49,152 nt of DNA, taken from Perkinsus olseni (lineage: Eukaryota). Both the position numbers and the translations under genes were made by a program. Below are positions 26,896 through 38,119 of this stretch, piece by piece; positions within the stretch are counted from its first letter, which is position 1; each line of letters starts with the position of its first letter. The notes under the pieces are model-generated. The model saw nothing but the letters and a program-made list of their open reading frames with translations, searched no databases and was not told the DNA's origin. The stretch spans positions 1-49,152 of the forward strand of contig JABANN010000233.1 of NCBI GenBank assembly GCA_013115125.1. Direction: 5' to 3'.

Positions 26896-27907
26896 ATGGT
26901 ATTGAATTCACTGAGTGGTGATGCGGTCCACCGCGGGATCCAACTGGAGATCATAAAGCTGATCTTGGGTACCTCCACTGTGTGCGGTCCTACAATGACA
27001 GGCTACCCGGCCGCTCGATTCATTTATTTCCAGTTGAGAATGGCCCCGCCCTTCTCCGAGCTACACCGAGTTTTCCAGTACACGAGACGTTGTTGCCTGG
27101 TGTCTCCCTTTAGAACTACTGGCGTGTGTGATAACCGCGTGCTCATTGCAGGGCAATCGTTTTCGTTTAGACTCATGCATGGAGGGAAACCAAGGAATCT
27201 GAGATTGAGCATCATCATCTCTCTCGCTGTTACTGCCGCTGCAGTGGTCCATCCTCATGGGTCATTCGGTAGTCGTTGGGAGCCACTTGGGGATTCCATA
27301 CAGTAGAGGTACGTAGTCCCATCAAGAGAGAGGACAGTCCGAAGGCTTACTACATGCTTCAGATACAGGCTTATAAAGCAACCGGTTGCGTGATACATAG
27401 ATGGCCAAGATGGAGCGGAGGTGAGAGGTTGGACAAAGAGTACGAGATACGTATTGTAACTAACGCATACGATGGTCTTGTATTGTTCGAGTTTACCGAT
27501 ATGACGGAGGACTTTGTGATATATAGAATGTAATAATGAAGGAGAAGCAGGAGCGGACTCAGCTCATGCTTCTGTTCAGAGATCGACGAAACGACTCCGT
27601 TGAGGTGTTAGTCGAAGATGACGTGTTTGTTGGTAAGCCAGGGAACAAAGCTCAAGATTGGCTAGACTTCCTCCGCTTTATACCGTTGGACAGAGGAATG
27701 CACAGAAAAGCCGACTTCGCGAACAATATCTTCGATGACGATCTGAGGAATAATCTTAGAAAGTGCAAACGCCTGTGTACTTCGGCGGTGTTGTTGACGG
27801 AGCATCATCCAGGAGGTCACAGAATACCCCTCGATTGGGTATTCCATTTCTCAAGTTATTATACGCATCATCGCTGGGGCAGAGATTTGACCGATTCCCA
27901 ACGCTGA
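26896..27907 (+). other. Fragmented ORFs, hypothetical gene or pseudogene
   Basis: Consecutive ORFs 26896..27306, 27276..27533 and 27536..27907 with protein-like composition but no clean splice model. Confidence 0.3.
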
Positions 27908-27977
27908 GACGGATTTGGATGGCGCCGAAGACGTGTACTGTGAACACAACATGCCGCCTCATTAACCTCTATGATCA

Positions 27978-29598
27978 TCAACGTTTCATGTTACACGAGT
28001 ATGCTGTTGAAGGACCTCCTGATACTCCACGCTTTGCCAATTCTATGAAGTATTCATCGTCCATCATTGCCACAACAGGCTTCCATCTGTCTCGTCTTCC
28101 CGACTCTACGATTGAGGCTGCTGCTGCTGCAGCAGCGGCGCCCCCTTCACTGATGCCCTTATCACAGCTCGGAGAGGTCGTCGCATCACTGCTTGATGAA
28201 GTAGCCTGTTGGTGTGGAGAGGGAGTCGTCGTGATTGTCATGGGGCTGTCGGGTTGGCCTTCATCCACTGCATCAGCTACTGATACCTCCTGCACTCTCG
28301 CTGCTGCACGGACGGTCCTTTGTGATGCCTTCCGACCCTGTGGTGGGATGGGTGGGAGTCTCAAAGGCTCATCCTTTGTTGAATGCTCCTGGCCGAGTAT
28401 ACCCCCATCCCGCGTCCGGGTCCTTGGCATCATGGCAGCTCTGTGTCCAGTCACGCCAGCACTGCGGGTCCTGAATTGTGGGAGACAGTTATCACTGGCA
28501 TCGCCGGCAACCCTACCGATATCGTTTGACCGTCTCCTCCATTTCCCGGCGTCGGAGGCTCAACTCGTGGGCCTGCCTCGCTGCTGCTGCTTGCTGTTCC
28601 CTCATTATCCGTTGGTGAGTCTGCTTCGCCCTCCTCGCTGCCAACCTCCTCGCCTTCTCAACACCTTCGTTTCCTATTATGGTGTAGTGGTCGGGGGCCT
28701 CTCTTCTCTCAAGAGTGGACATCTTCTTCATCCTCTCCCTTGTACGTCGTCGTAGCTGATCGACCCTCGTCCTATCAGCAGCCAGCCTGGCCCGAGCCTG
28801 CCGCTCCTCGGCCTTCCTTCGGGCAGCATCCTCTTCCCTAGCCTGCCGAACCCTCTCCGCTACACGTTCGGCGGCTGCGTGTTGTTCCCTCGTCGCTCTT
28901 TCATCATTGACAGCTTTCCGTCGGCGACTCTCCTCTGCTTCGATAGCTTCGTGTTGCATTCGAGCCCGTCGTTCTCTAGCTACAGTCCGAAGGGTACGGG
29001 CTACTCTGCGCTGCAATCGCAGTATTTTCCTCTCTTCCTGCCCCGGGTCACCTTCAACGCCCGTCCCCGCCGGTTTGATCGTATCATGCCGTTCTCTCTC
29101 GTACCATGCCTTGAGTCTGGCTCGAGCAGCGTCGGCTCCCTTCTGGTCTGCCCTCGGTTGTAGGAGGCCCTTCTCCACCTCGAGTTGCTCCTCTAACTTT
29201 GCTATGTTTGTTCTCATCTGCGCAATTCTTGCTTCATCGTAGCCCTCACTCCTATGAGCCTTCCTTCCTCCGTGTTTCCCTCTGCGCATTGTACTCTTCA
29301 TTTTTTCCTTCATTTCCCGGGTTATCTCATCGAGTGTATCCAAAGCGTTATGGTATGCTTCTTCGTGGTTGTGAAGCTCACCATCGACGCAGCGGATATC
29401 CCGGGGAGGCCTCAAGCCGGCAGCCGAACGACTGCCTGACAAAACTCGTTTGCCTCTTCTATGCCGTCCTGAAGTTATAGACTGTAATTGGTTTGTTAGT
29501 GCATCTACTGAACTTTCGGCTACTGTAGGGGAGAGTGGCCGTTGCAGCAATTGTTGTGCTCGAGCTAGGGTTACGGCGAGAGCCGCAGCATCATCCAT
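27978..29598 (-). CDS. Two-exon E/R/A-rich coiled-coil hypothetical protein
   Basis: ORFs 28513..29637 and 27978..28454 are joined by a GT...AG intron at ~28472-28517. First ATG at 29598. Confidence 0.65.
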
Positions 29599-29853
29599 TA
29601 TCAAGGTTGAACTAACAGCAGAAGGCGGTACCGCCAATACTCACGACGCAGTGTCTTAGAGCCCACCGTGATAGCCCCTCATTCGATGCACTCCACGCAA
29701 GTTCATAAGATACATCATCAACGATCCACTCATGAACTAGTCAAAAAAGTCAGGGAAGATTATCGTATAACAAATCAGAGAGGCATAATGGAGTTCCCTG
29801 AGTTCCATGAGAACCCCGCTAACATGACTACGGTGGCGTCATCTACGATAAAA

Positions 29854-31380
29854 TCATGGATGATGATCGATGAGGTCCCAGTTGTTAGCGACCATCTCAG
29901 CGAACTCGACGACTGTTTCTGATATCCACTGGAATCCCGTTTTCCATGGTAACCAACCTTGTGGCCAGCCCACATGCCCACCTGTCTCTGTTATCAAGGA
30001 GAAAAGATACTTTGAAGCTGTTGGGGGTAACACAGCACCAGCCTCAACGTGTATGATAGGGTCATCACAAGAGTGTAGCAAAAGAGTTGGTATGGCAATA
30101 TCCCTGCCACCACTACTGTACTTTTCACTACAAGCGCTCATATCATGGTAATAGTCAATAACATCATCATACCCATGGACAGCAGCAGGGATGAGGGCAT
30201 CCAATTCATAGAGGTCAGATGGCCTGACATACCAATGAGGGTCGGGAGGAGCGAAGCCTGTCCTCTTGACCATCGGGCCGTGTACTCCTTGCTTGAGTTC
30301 GAAGGCCAGCATCGGTTGCCATAGTTCTCGAGATACAGGATTATCAACTTTCCGCCAGAGTCTGATGCCTCCTGATATCGATACACATGCGTGGAGTTGT
30401 CCTCGCAGCTGCCAACCATACTTGGCAACCATGTTAGTAGCGATGACCCCGCCCATACTGTACCCGACAAGAGTGAGGGGGACTTTGCCAGAGGTGGCCT
30501 GATGACATACACCAACAGCAGCACGAGCATCACTGACTCTAGCGCCAGAGAAAGAGCCTTTGGGCCCGCCAACTATGGGGGTGCCACCCAGGCCTCGAGC
30601 AATCATACAACAGATGGCATAACCCTGGGGAAGGGCAGTGTGGTAGAGGTCGTTGAGGTAGCCTTCAGTAGAGCAACCATTGAGACCATGAAGGACGAGG
30701 ATGACCCCAGTGACGTTAGTCGATGATGGCAAGAACCAATCTAGGGCTATTGGCTGACCATCACTCGTCATCATCCATCGTCTATGGTAGGGCAAGGAAG
30801 GCTTTGTCGCTGTAATGAAGAGTATAGCAGTAGCCCAGTGGCCACTTGTAATGAGAGGGGCTGCGTCATAGGCTTTTAATCTGCTACTGAGGAAAGAGCC
30901 AATGGCCCGGCCGAAGGGAGTCTTATCGAGTCCAGGCCCATGGACCCCTGGAACAACTCCACCCGCATCCATCTCGTAGCGGAACTTCGTATAGAGGAGG
31001 ATGATGAGGATGGTAGCTGATAGTGGTAGTGTATATTGATAGGGATAGTCCAGTATGATAGGTAAGAGGAAGGCTAGTGGTAGTAGGACATGCCGGGAGG
31101 CCTCCAAAGCGAGCAGGACGAGGGAGAAGAGGACCCACAGTGAGGGGGGAGGCGGGGTCTTCAACTCCGGCTGTGGTATATGAGACTTGTCTTTTGTAAC
31201 ACGACACACGGATGCCCAAAACTCTCGAACCGTCATCGATGAGAACCCCACTGCAGTGCTGCTGGCAGCGGTAGGGGAGGACGGTGAGGGACGCATCCCT
31301 GATCGTGTCATTGATACCAACAACAGCCGGAGCAAGCTAATCAACAAACAGGTATGGCCAAGGATTAACATACTCGACAT
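29854..31380 (-). CDS. ABHD1/2/3-YheT (EEB1/EHT1-like) alpha/beta hydrolase, copy 1, intronless
   Basis: GHWAT, LHGLNG, GYSMGG nucleophile elbow, DDP, GGHVGW; N-terminal TM segments. Confidence 0.92.
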   Translation of the reverse strand: MSSMLILGHTCLLISLLRLLLVSMTRSGMRPSPSSPTAASSTAVGFSSMTVREFWASVCRVTKDKSHIPQPELKTPPPPSLWVLFSLVLLALEASRHVLLPLAFLLPIILDYPYQYTLPLSATILIILLYTKFRYEMDAGGVVPGVHGPGLDKTPFGRAIGSFLSSRLKAYDAAPLITSGHWATAILFITATKPSLPYHRRWMMTSDGQPIALDWFLPSSTNVTGVILVLHGLNGCSTEGYLNDLYHTALPQGYAICCMIARGLGGTPIVGGPKGSFSGARVSDARAAVGVCHQATSGKVPLTLVGYSMGGVIATNMVAKYGWQLRGQLHACVSISGGIRLWRKVDNPVSRELWQPMLAFELKQGVHGPMVKRTGFAPPDPHWYVRPSDLYELDALIPAAVHGYDDVIDYYHDMSACSEKYSSGGRDIAIPTLLLHSCDDPIIHVEAGAVLPPTASKYLFSLITETGGHVGWPQGWLPWKTGFQWISETVVEFAEMVANNWDLIDHHP

Positions 31381-31529
31381 AGCTGTGAGTAGGAGAAAGA
31401 TATTAGAATCAATATGACAGTTGAAAGAGTTACTATGATTGATGTTTATGATGGATCGTCATCATCACCACCCACCTTGTCAAGGATGATGACTGTAAAG
31501 TGTAGTAGCAGTCAACTCGCGTACAAGTG

Positions 31530-33068
31530 CTACTCCCGAAGCGTGTGGAAATGTGGCAGTTTCGTCATCTTTTCTTCTTTCGCCAGTAGTCGTGTGTTAC
31601 TAGACACAACATCGGAGAAGGCCATAACCGTATCAGATATCCACCTGAAGCCTTCCTGCCAAGGAGCCCATCCTTGCGGCCATCCTAAGTGCCCACCGGT
31701 AGGGGTGACTAGAGTATAGAGATACTTGGAATGATTGGGTGGCAACTTAGCAGCAGCATCAACATGTATTACAGGATCATCACATGCATGTACTAGTAGA
31801 GTAGGTATGGCAATGTTACGTGCTCCTTCACTAGTCTGTTCACTCGCTGCGCTGAGCCAATGACGATAATCCTGGGGATCATCAAAACCATGCAAAGGTG
31901 CCATGATGTCAGCATCCACATCAACAAGATCCATGGGCTTCCGGTACCAATCTGGGTTGGATGGTACGAAGCCTGAACGACGGATGAGGGGACCTAGTTG
32001 GCACTGCTTGAGCTCGAAAGTCATGATAGGTTGCCAGACCTCTCGGGCTACAGGATAATCTACTTTATCATACATTCGGATACAACCCGATATTGATACA
32101 CACCCAGACAGCTTGCCCTTCAGTTTATGGCCGTACTTGGCAACGACATTACTGGCAACAATGCCCCCCATGCTGTACCCCACTAAGGTGAGGGGTAATG
32201 AATTACCAATGGCATCATGAAGGACCTCGATGGTTCGATAGACATCACTGATGCGGCCAACAGAGAATTCATTTTCAGGACCACCTTCGACCGGAGTACC
32301 ACACGCTCCTCGACTGATCATACAACATACGGCATACCCCTCTTGAACTGCCCTCCAGTAGAGATCCTGGACGTAGCGGGCTTTAGACCCACCATTAAGG
32401 CCGTGCAGTACGAGTAATATACCCTTGACATCCCTAGGGGGCAGTTGCCAGTCAAGGGCTATTGACTGGGCAGTCTTACCATCATCGGTCATGATCCAGC
32501 GTCGCAGTAGTTTCAAGGGCTTCAACTTAACCGTGAGGAAGGGGAATGCTGTGGCACAGTGGCCATTAAGTAAAAATGGGGTAGGTCTATTGGCCTTGAC
32601 CCTCTCCTCGAGTGTTGCTTTAACAACCTTAGTAAAATCACTGCCATCTTCGCCTCCCCTGACGCCAGGGGTGGTCTCGGGATCAATCTCATAGCGGTTT
32701 TGGGTGTAGGAGAGGATGAACAGCAGCAGAGCACAGAATGGTAGAGTGTACATACGACCATCGTCGAATATCAAAGGAGCTGTTATCAATAGGGGACGGA
32801 GATAAGGCCTGAACGCCTCCAGTAGCAACAGGAGTAGTGAGTAGATAACCCATGCATCGAGAGGCATGGGGCAACGGTCGAGATCTCGAGGATCCATTGG
32901 AATGTGGGGACCGGAGCTCGTCACCCTCAGGATGGTCTCCCATAACCTGCTGGAACGAAATACAGGTGGGGATGAGGGACCTGTGGTTAGCTTGAACGAA
33001 CAGCATGTGGTGCTGGTTATGGCTGGTGATGATGGTGCTGCTGCTGCTGTTGTCGTCAACTCTACCAT
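31530..33068 (-). CDS. ABHD/YheT hydrolase, copy 2, intronless
   Basis: GHCAT, LHGLNG, GYSMGG, DDP, GGHLGW. Confidence 0.92.
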   Translation of the reverse strand: MVELTTTAAAAPSSPAITSTTCCSFKLTTGPSSPPVFRSSRLWETILRVTSSGPHIPMDPRDLDRCPMPLDAWVIYSLLLLLLEAFRPYLRPLLITAPLIFDDGRMYTLPFCALLLFILSYTQNRYEIDPETTPGVRGGEDGSDFTKVVKATLEERVKANRPTPFLLNGHCATAFPFLTVKLKPLKLLRRWIMTDDGKTAQSIALDWQLPPRDVKGILLVLHGLNGGSKARYVQDLYWRAVQEGYAVCCMISRGACGTPVEGGPENEFSVGRISDVYRTIEVLHDAIGNSLPLTLVGYSMGGIVASNVVAKYGHKLKGKLSGCVSISGCIRMYDKVDYPVAREVWQPIMTFELKQCQLGPLIRRSGFVPSNPDWYRKPMDLVDVDADIMAPLHGFDDPQDYRHWLSAASEQTSEGARNIAIPTLLVHACDDPVIHVDAAAKLPPNHSKYLYTLVTPTGGHLGWPQGWAPWQEGFRWISDTVMAFSDVVSSNTRLLAKEEKMTKLPHFHTLRE

Positions 33069-33276
33069 AAAAACGAGAGACCTAAACAGGACACTCTAGC
33101 GGGACCGCCAACAACACAAATTCACCGAGCCATGGGAGAAGCAATACCAACAACAAGGACCTCACGACCACGCCATGGGCTCTTGCTGCTGTGGTTGGAC
33201 AAATCTATGACGATAATGGGGATAGTAGCGATATAACAAATCGTAACAACCCAAAGACATTCCTGATAGGTAGTGT

Positions 33277-34752
33277 TTAGTATTTAGCCAGGAGAGGCTG
33301 GTTGTCGGCAACTAGACTTGAGAAGGCCATGGTGGTGTCTGTGATCCAGTTGAAACCATTCGTCCAGGGGGCCCAACCCTGAGGCCAGCCGACATGACCA
33401 CCATTGGGAGTGACTAGAGAGAAGATATACCTAGAGGCAGTAGAGGGGAGGAGGGCCGAGGAGTCCACATGGATGACAGGGTCATCGTATGCATGCACAC
33501 ATAGGGTTGGTATGGCTATGTTCTTTCCACCTTCACTGGTCTTCTCACTTGTAGCGCTACATTGGTGATAGTAATCGTCAAGTGTAGCAAAACCGTGTGC
33601 AGGAGCACTTATCTCAGCATCCAGTTCGACAACTCCCATGGGGATATTATACCAATCAGAATCTTTAGGTTGGAAGCCGGTTCTTTTGACCATAGGGCCG
33701 ATGACAGACTCCTTCAACTCTTCAGCCATCATCGGATGCCACAACTGTCGAGCTGACGGGTAGTTATAGTTTTCGAACAATCTAGTTCCACCAGATATAA
33801 CGACACAGGACGTGAGCTTGCCCTTCAACTCAGGACCATACTTGGCTACAGTATTAGCGGCAACAATGCCACCCATACTATACCCAACTAGCATGAGAGG
33901 GAGATCAGGAGCTGCCCTATGGCAGATGTCTATGGCCTTGTGAGCATCAGTGACTCTAGCGCCGGAGAAGGCATCATCGGGTCCACCTACGCAAGGGGTG
34001 TGGCTGAGACCACGGGATATCATAGTGCAAACAGCGTATCCTTGAGGAACTGCTGTGTTATACAAATCAACTACATAACCTTCGCCTGAACCACCATTGA
34101 GGCCATGTAAGGCAAGATATATACCCTTGACCTCTCCTTCGGGAATACACCAATCGAGAGCTATCGATTGAGGAACATTAGGGGACTCGTCATCAGTCTT
34201 GAACCATCGTCTTTCCAGTTGGGGCTTGTTGTAGTCCATGACCAGCCACAGCAGAGCTGTCGCCCAATGACCATTGAGAATGTAAGGTGTAATCTGGTTA
34301 GCGTCACATCTCTCCTTGAGGGTCTTTTTGACTAGACCGACGAAGCCCGTGGTATCATCAGGGTTCCCTCCACGTATGCCGGGAATAGTTTTACCATTAG
34401 GCATGAATCTGCCACGAGTTGCGAAAAGGTAAGCACCCCACACGGCAAGCACTGACAATGGTAGAACACCATAACCACTCTGACGGTAGTAGAGTACAGC
34501 AAGAATGACCAGAAAAGGGAAGTACTCTCTGCTAGCCTCAATGAATAGTCTAACCATTGAGTCAAGGACATATAGTCTATCAGTAGGAGTAGTCCTTTCA
34601 CAGACTTCACCAACCACAGGAGGCATCTGGGAGGTGAGGCCACACACGTTGCGCCATAGGTCATCTGATGGTAATGATGATGGCGAGGGACGACCTCCCT
34701 CTGAGGTTGTTGTCGTTGTTATGGTTTTCACCGAACCTTGAGTAGTAGCCAT
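33277..34752 (-). CDS. ABHD/YheT hydrolase, copy 3, intronless
   Basis: GHWAT, LHGLNG, GYSMGG, DDP, GGHVGW. Confidence 0.92.
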   Translation of the reverse strand: MATTQGSVKTITTTTTSEGGRPSPSSLPSDDLWRNVCGLTSQMPPVVGEVCERTTPTDRLYVLDSMVRLFIEASREYFPFLVILAVLYYRQSGYGVLPLSVLAVWGAYLFATRGRFMPNGKTIPGIRGGNPDDTTGFVGLVKKTLKERCDANQITPYILNGHWATALLWLVMDYNKPQLERRWFKTDDESPNVPQSIALDWCIPEGEVKGIYLALHGLNGGSGEGYVVDLYNTAVPQGYAVCTMISRGLSHTPCVGGPDDAFSGARVTDAHKAIDICHRAAPDLPLMLVGYSMGGIVAANTVAKYGPELKGKLTSCVVISGGTRLFENYNYPSARQLWHPMMAEELKESVIGPMVKRTGFQPKDSDWYNIPMGVVELDAEISAPAHGFATLDDYYHQCSATSEKTSEGGKNIAIPTLCVHAYDDPVIHVDSSALLPSTASRYIFSLVTPNGGHVGWPQGWAPWTNGFNWITDTTMAFSSLVADNQPLLAKY

Positions 34753-34884
34753 TACTAAAGGGATACTGACAAGACAAGAACTTCTAATGAGGTACCTCTC
34801 GTTGTTAAGGCAAGTCTAGCACGCTGGAAAGCATTTATATTTATAATAAAATGATTGACACCAAACAGGATGGTATTGGTCTCA

Positions 34885-36435
34885 TCACTCCCCTTGTCCA
34901 TGCTTATCGACAGCCCTTTGATTACAGGCAACCATATTCAAGAAGGACAGGGCAGTGTTAGATACCCACGCGTAGCCATACTCCCACGGAGCCCATCCTT
35001 GAGGCCAGCCTACATGGCCACCACAAGGAGTGACAAAGGAAAAGAGATATCTCGAGGTATCCACAGGCAAGAGGGCGGCAGAGTCAACATGTATGATAGG
35101 GTCATCATAGGCATGTACGCATAGAGTTGGTATGACGATGTCCTTACCCTTGTTATTACCAATTGGACTGATAGCACTCAAGTGGTGGTAGTAATCAAGG
35201 ACGGTCTCATAACCCTGTGAGGGGGCAAAGATCTCCTTATCGATATCAACAATGGTTCTAGTATTATCATACCAGTTTGGATCAGCGGGCTTGAACCCAC
35301 TACGCTGGACACTATCACCGAGGAATGTTCTCTTGAGCTCATAGGCGACGATAGGCTGCCACAGCTCAATTGCCGCTGGGAAATCGTAGTTCTCATAGGT
35401 CCTTATACCACCCGATATCGATACACAACAGGTGAGTTTACCCTTCAACTTACTGCCTAATCTAGCGACACTATTGGTGGCAATGATACCACCAAGACTG
35501 TAACCAATCATACTCACGGGGATGTTTCCATCAGTAACAGCATGACAAATATCAATAACCTGCTCAACGTCCGTCACCCTCGAACCACAGGGGCCGTTCT
35601 CCTGACCCCCTAACACTTGTGTATCACAAGAGCCTCGGGCTATCAAGCAGCAAGCTGCATAACCTTGGGACGTCGCATGTTGAATCATATCAAGGACATA
35701 ACCCTCCTTAGGGCCACCGTTGATGCCAGCCAAGATGATAACAACACCCTTAACATTGCCCTGCCCAGGAAGACACCAGTCAAGAGCAACAGACTGGGAC
35801 GGTCTGCCCTCCTCATGCGTGTACATCCACCTTCTCCTGAGTCCTGGTGGCGTTGTGTATCGATACACTAGGAAGGGTATAGCAGTGGCTAGATGACCGT
35901 TAAGGACGTACGGTGTTGGTTTGAAGGCCTTAGCTCGGGACTCGAGGAGGTCCACGAGTAGCTTACCAAACTCAGTGCTTTCAGTATGGCCCTCGATGCC
36001 TGGCTTAGCCCGACCATTGGGACGGTACCTGTCAGCTGTGACTGCCAGATAGGAAGCGGCACCCAAGCACGCTAGAAGGGCTTGGATGGTGAAGGGTCGT
36101 AGTAGTAGTGGTGCCAATCCCAATATAGGGATGATGAGCCAACGGCAGGACTCTATGGACAACCTCAAGAAGGAGAGTAAAGCCCACCAAGGTCGAGGTC
36201 TACGGCACTTCGGTGGAGAGGAGGGCTGAACGACGACATCATGAGGGTCGGGATGAGTCTCCGCACAGACAGCAGCCCAGAATTTCTCAACAGACATGTT
36301 AGGCCTAGTCCTGCCCTCTGACGAGCGACGAGCAGCACTAGTGCTTTGAGATGACGCTGTCATCAGCTGTAGCTGGGCGTGAAAACAACTTGAGGTAGAA
36401 CTGTCCTCCAATGGTCCGGTGGCAACGCAAAGCAT
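34885..36435 (-). CDS. ABHD/YheT hydrolase, copy 4, intronless
   Basis: GHLAT, LAGING, GYSLGG, DDP, GGHVGW. The ORF track start at 36501 is TTG; the first ATG is at 36435. Confidence 0.9.
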   Translation of the reverse strand: MLCVATGPLEDSSTSSCFHAQLQLMTASSQSTSAARRSSEGRTRPNMSVEKFWAAVCAETHPDPHDVVVQPSSPPKCRRPRPWWALLSFLRLSIESCRWLIIPILGLAPLLLRPFTIQALLACLGAASYLAVTADRYRPNGRAKPGIEGHTESTEFGKLLVDLLESRAKAFKPTPYVLNGHLATAIPFLVYRYTTPPGLRRRWMYTHEEGRPSQSVALDWCLPGQGNVKGVVIILAGINGGPKEGYVLDMIQHATSQGYAACCLIARGSCDTQVLGGQENGPCGSRVTDVEQVIDICHAVTDGNIPVSMIGYSLGGIIATNSVARLGSKLKGKLTCCVSISGGIRTYENYDFPAAIELWQPIVAYELKRTFLGDSVQRSGFKPADPNWYDNTRTIVDIDKEIFAPSQGYETVLDYYHHLSAISPIGNNKGKDIVIPTLCVHAYDDPIIHVDSAALLPVDTSRYLFSFVTPCGGHVGWPQGWAPWEYGYAWVSNTALSFLNMVACNQRAVDKHGQGE

Positions 36436-36512
36436 ACAGTGACGAGACAATACCGATGTTAGGAGAAATAAGGCCGTACTAGAACGGCAAAAGGAGGGCA
36501 AGCAAATATAAT

Positions 36513-37871
36513 CTAATCATGATCAGAGGACATGACAGCATCAGCGAAGTCAAGAGCCGTATTGGAGATCCATCCAAAGCCTGTGGTCCATGGCGTCCAT
36601 CCTTGAGGAAAGCCCAGATGGCCTCCACTGGGGGTGATGACTGCGAACAGACACTGAGAGCTAGCATCTCTGCCGTCATCATCATACTTAGGGCCGGCGA
36701 GAGCAACGTGCATGACGGGGTCATCAACAGCGTGTACAATAAGAGTTGGTACGGCAATATCACGACACTTGCCCTCATCATCGGCACTCATAGCTCTGTA
36801 ATAATCTCAGACACTGTCGACCCCATGTGCTGGGGCACCAACAGCAACAGCCGTTACATGAGTAATACCAATCCTCAGGCTCTGGCTCATACCCAGTAAG
36901 GGATACCATTCGCCACAGTAGACTCCATAAGCTCCACATAACTCCGCAGCACATTCACTATCGAACATCTCCCATAACCTGAGGCCACCAGATATCACCA
37001 CACATCCGCTGAGTACACCCTTCAAGCTAGACCCACACCTTGCTACAAGATTTGCAGCAATCACACCGCCAAGGCTCCAGCCGCCCAGAGAGACAGGCAG
37101 GGAGGTGCAAGAATGAAGCATGCTTACAACAGCGAGGACATCAGAGATTCTCCCTGGAGAGAAGGTATCCTGTGGCCCTCCGTTGAAGGGGCTTCCAGAC
37201 CCTAGACCCCGACCAAGCATACCACAGCCGATGAAACCACGAGCTTGGCATGCCTTATACATATCAATGACATAGGGCTCATTGGTATCACCATTAAGCC
37301 CATGTAATAGTAGTACCACACCTTTCGGAGATCCCTTTGGCAATAGTACATCCAAAGCTATATGCTGCTCCTCGACAGGGAACCATCGTCTTTGCAGCCC
37401 CTGAGGGGGTGGAGAGCCATACATCAATACATGTAATATGACAGTGCGTAGATGGGCATTAAAAAGGTAGGGGGTTGGATGATGCCTTTCAAGTGCCCTT
37501 CTAAGGGATTGTTCTACTCTTCTCCCGACAGCTGATGTTGTGAAGTGGCCATAGACCCCAGGATGTATGCTTTCGCTACCAACATGGTATCTTGCCTTCA
37601 TCCATAGCATGACTAGAATAACACTAGCAGCCAACAGCATTAATGGACGTCTCGTATAATGATCTGCAGCCAATAATGGAGCTGATACCACTGCTACTAT
37701 CAAGATTGGTCTGAGACCCTCGATGATGAGGCCAGCTATGGCCACTACGCATGGCATCACGTAGGGTAGACGAGGGGGCCTAATGACAGTACCCCCACTG
37801 GTTGGTGGACTACTGACTGTACGCCGACAGAGACTCTCCCAGAACTCAGACGTGATGGGGTTAGTGGACAT
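36513..37871 (-). pseudogene. ABHD/YheT hydrolase, copy 5, disrupted
   Basis: LHGLNG, GWSLGG, DDP and GGHLGF are present, but there is an in-frame TGA at 36807-36809. Homology to the paralogs shifts across frames at ~36840-36940. Confidence 0.8.
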
Positions 37872-38119
37872 GAGGAGGGGTGATAGACAAACCTAACGAT
37901 GATGAACTGCCAGCCTGCCACCATCTGCCTTGAATAAATAACTCAACCGCCGTCTGGGATATGCTGGGGGGCGGCGGCACACATCTGATGATGGGCAGCA
38001 ACATCAGCAGCATCTTGTTTTTAGTATCATCATTAAGGCACACCATCTTGCACTACTATTATGAAGGATACACTATAAGTATTATTGTTACTGTTGTTGG
38101 TAGTAATAGTAGTAGCACT

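Noticed and set aside
27763-28755. 330-aa plus-strand ORF
   Set aside because: Antisense shadow of the GC-rich coiled-coil gene; no recognisable domain.
36807-36809. In-frame TGA as selenocysteine or programmed readthrough
   Set aside because: It aligns to a variable non-Cys position, and nearby frameshifts indicate pseudogenisation or assembly error.
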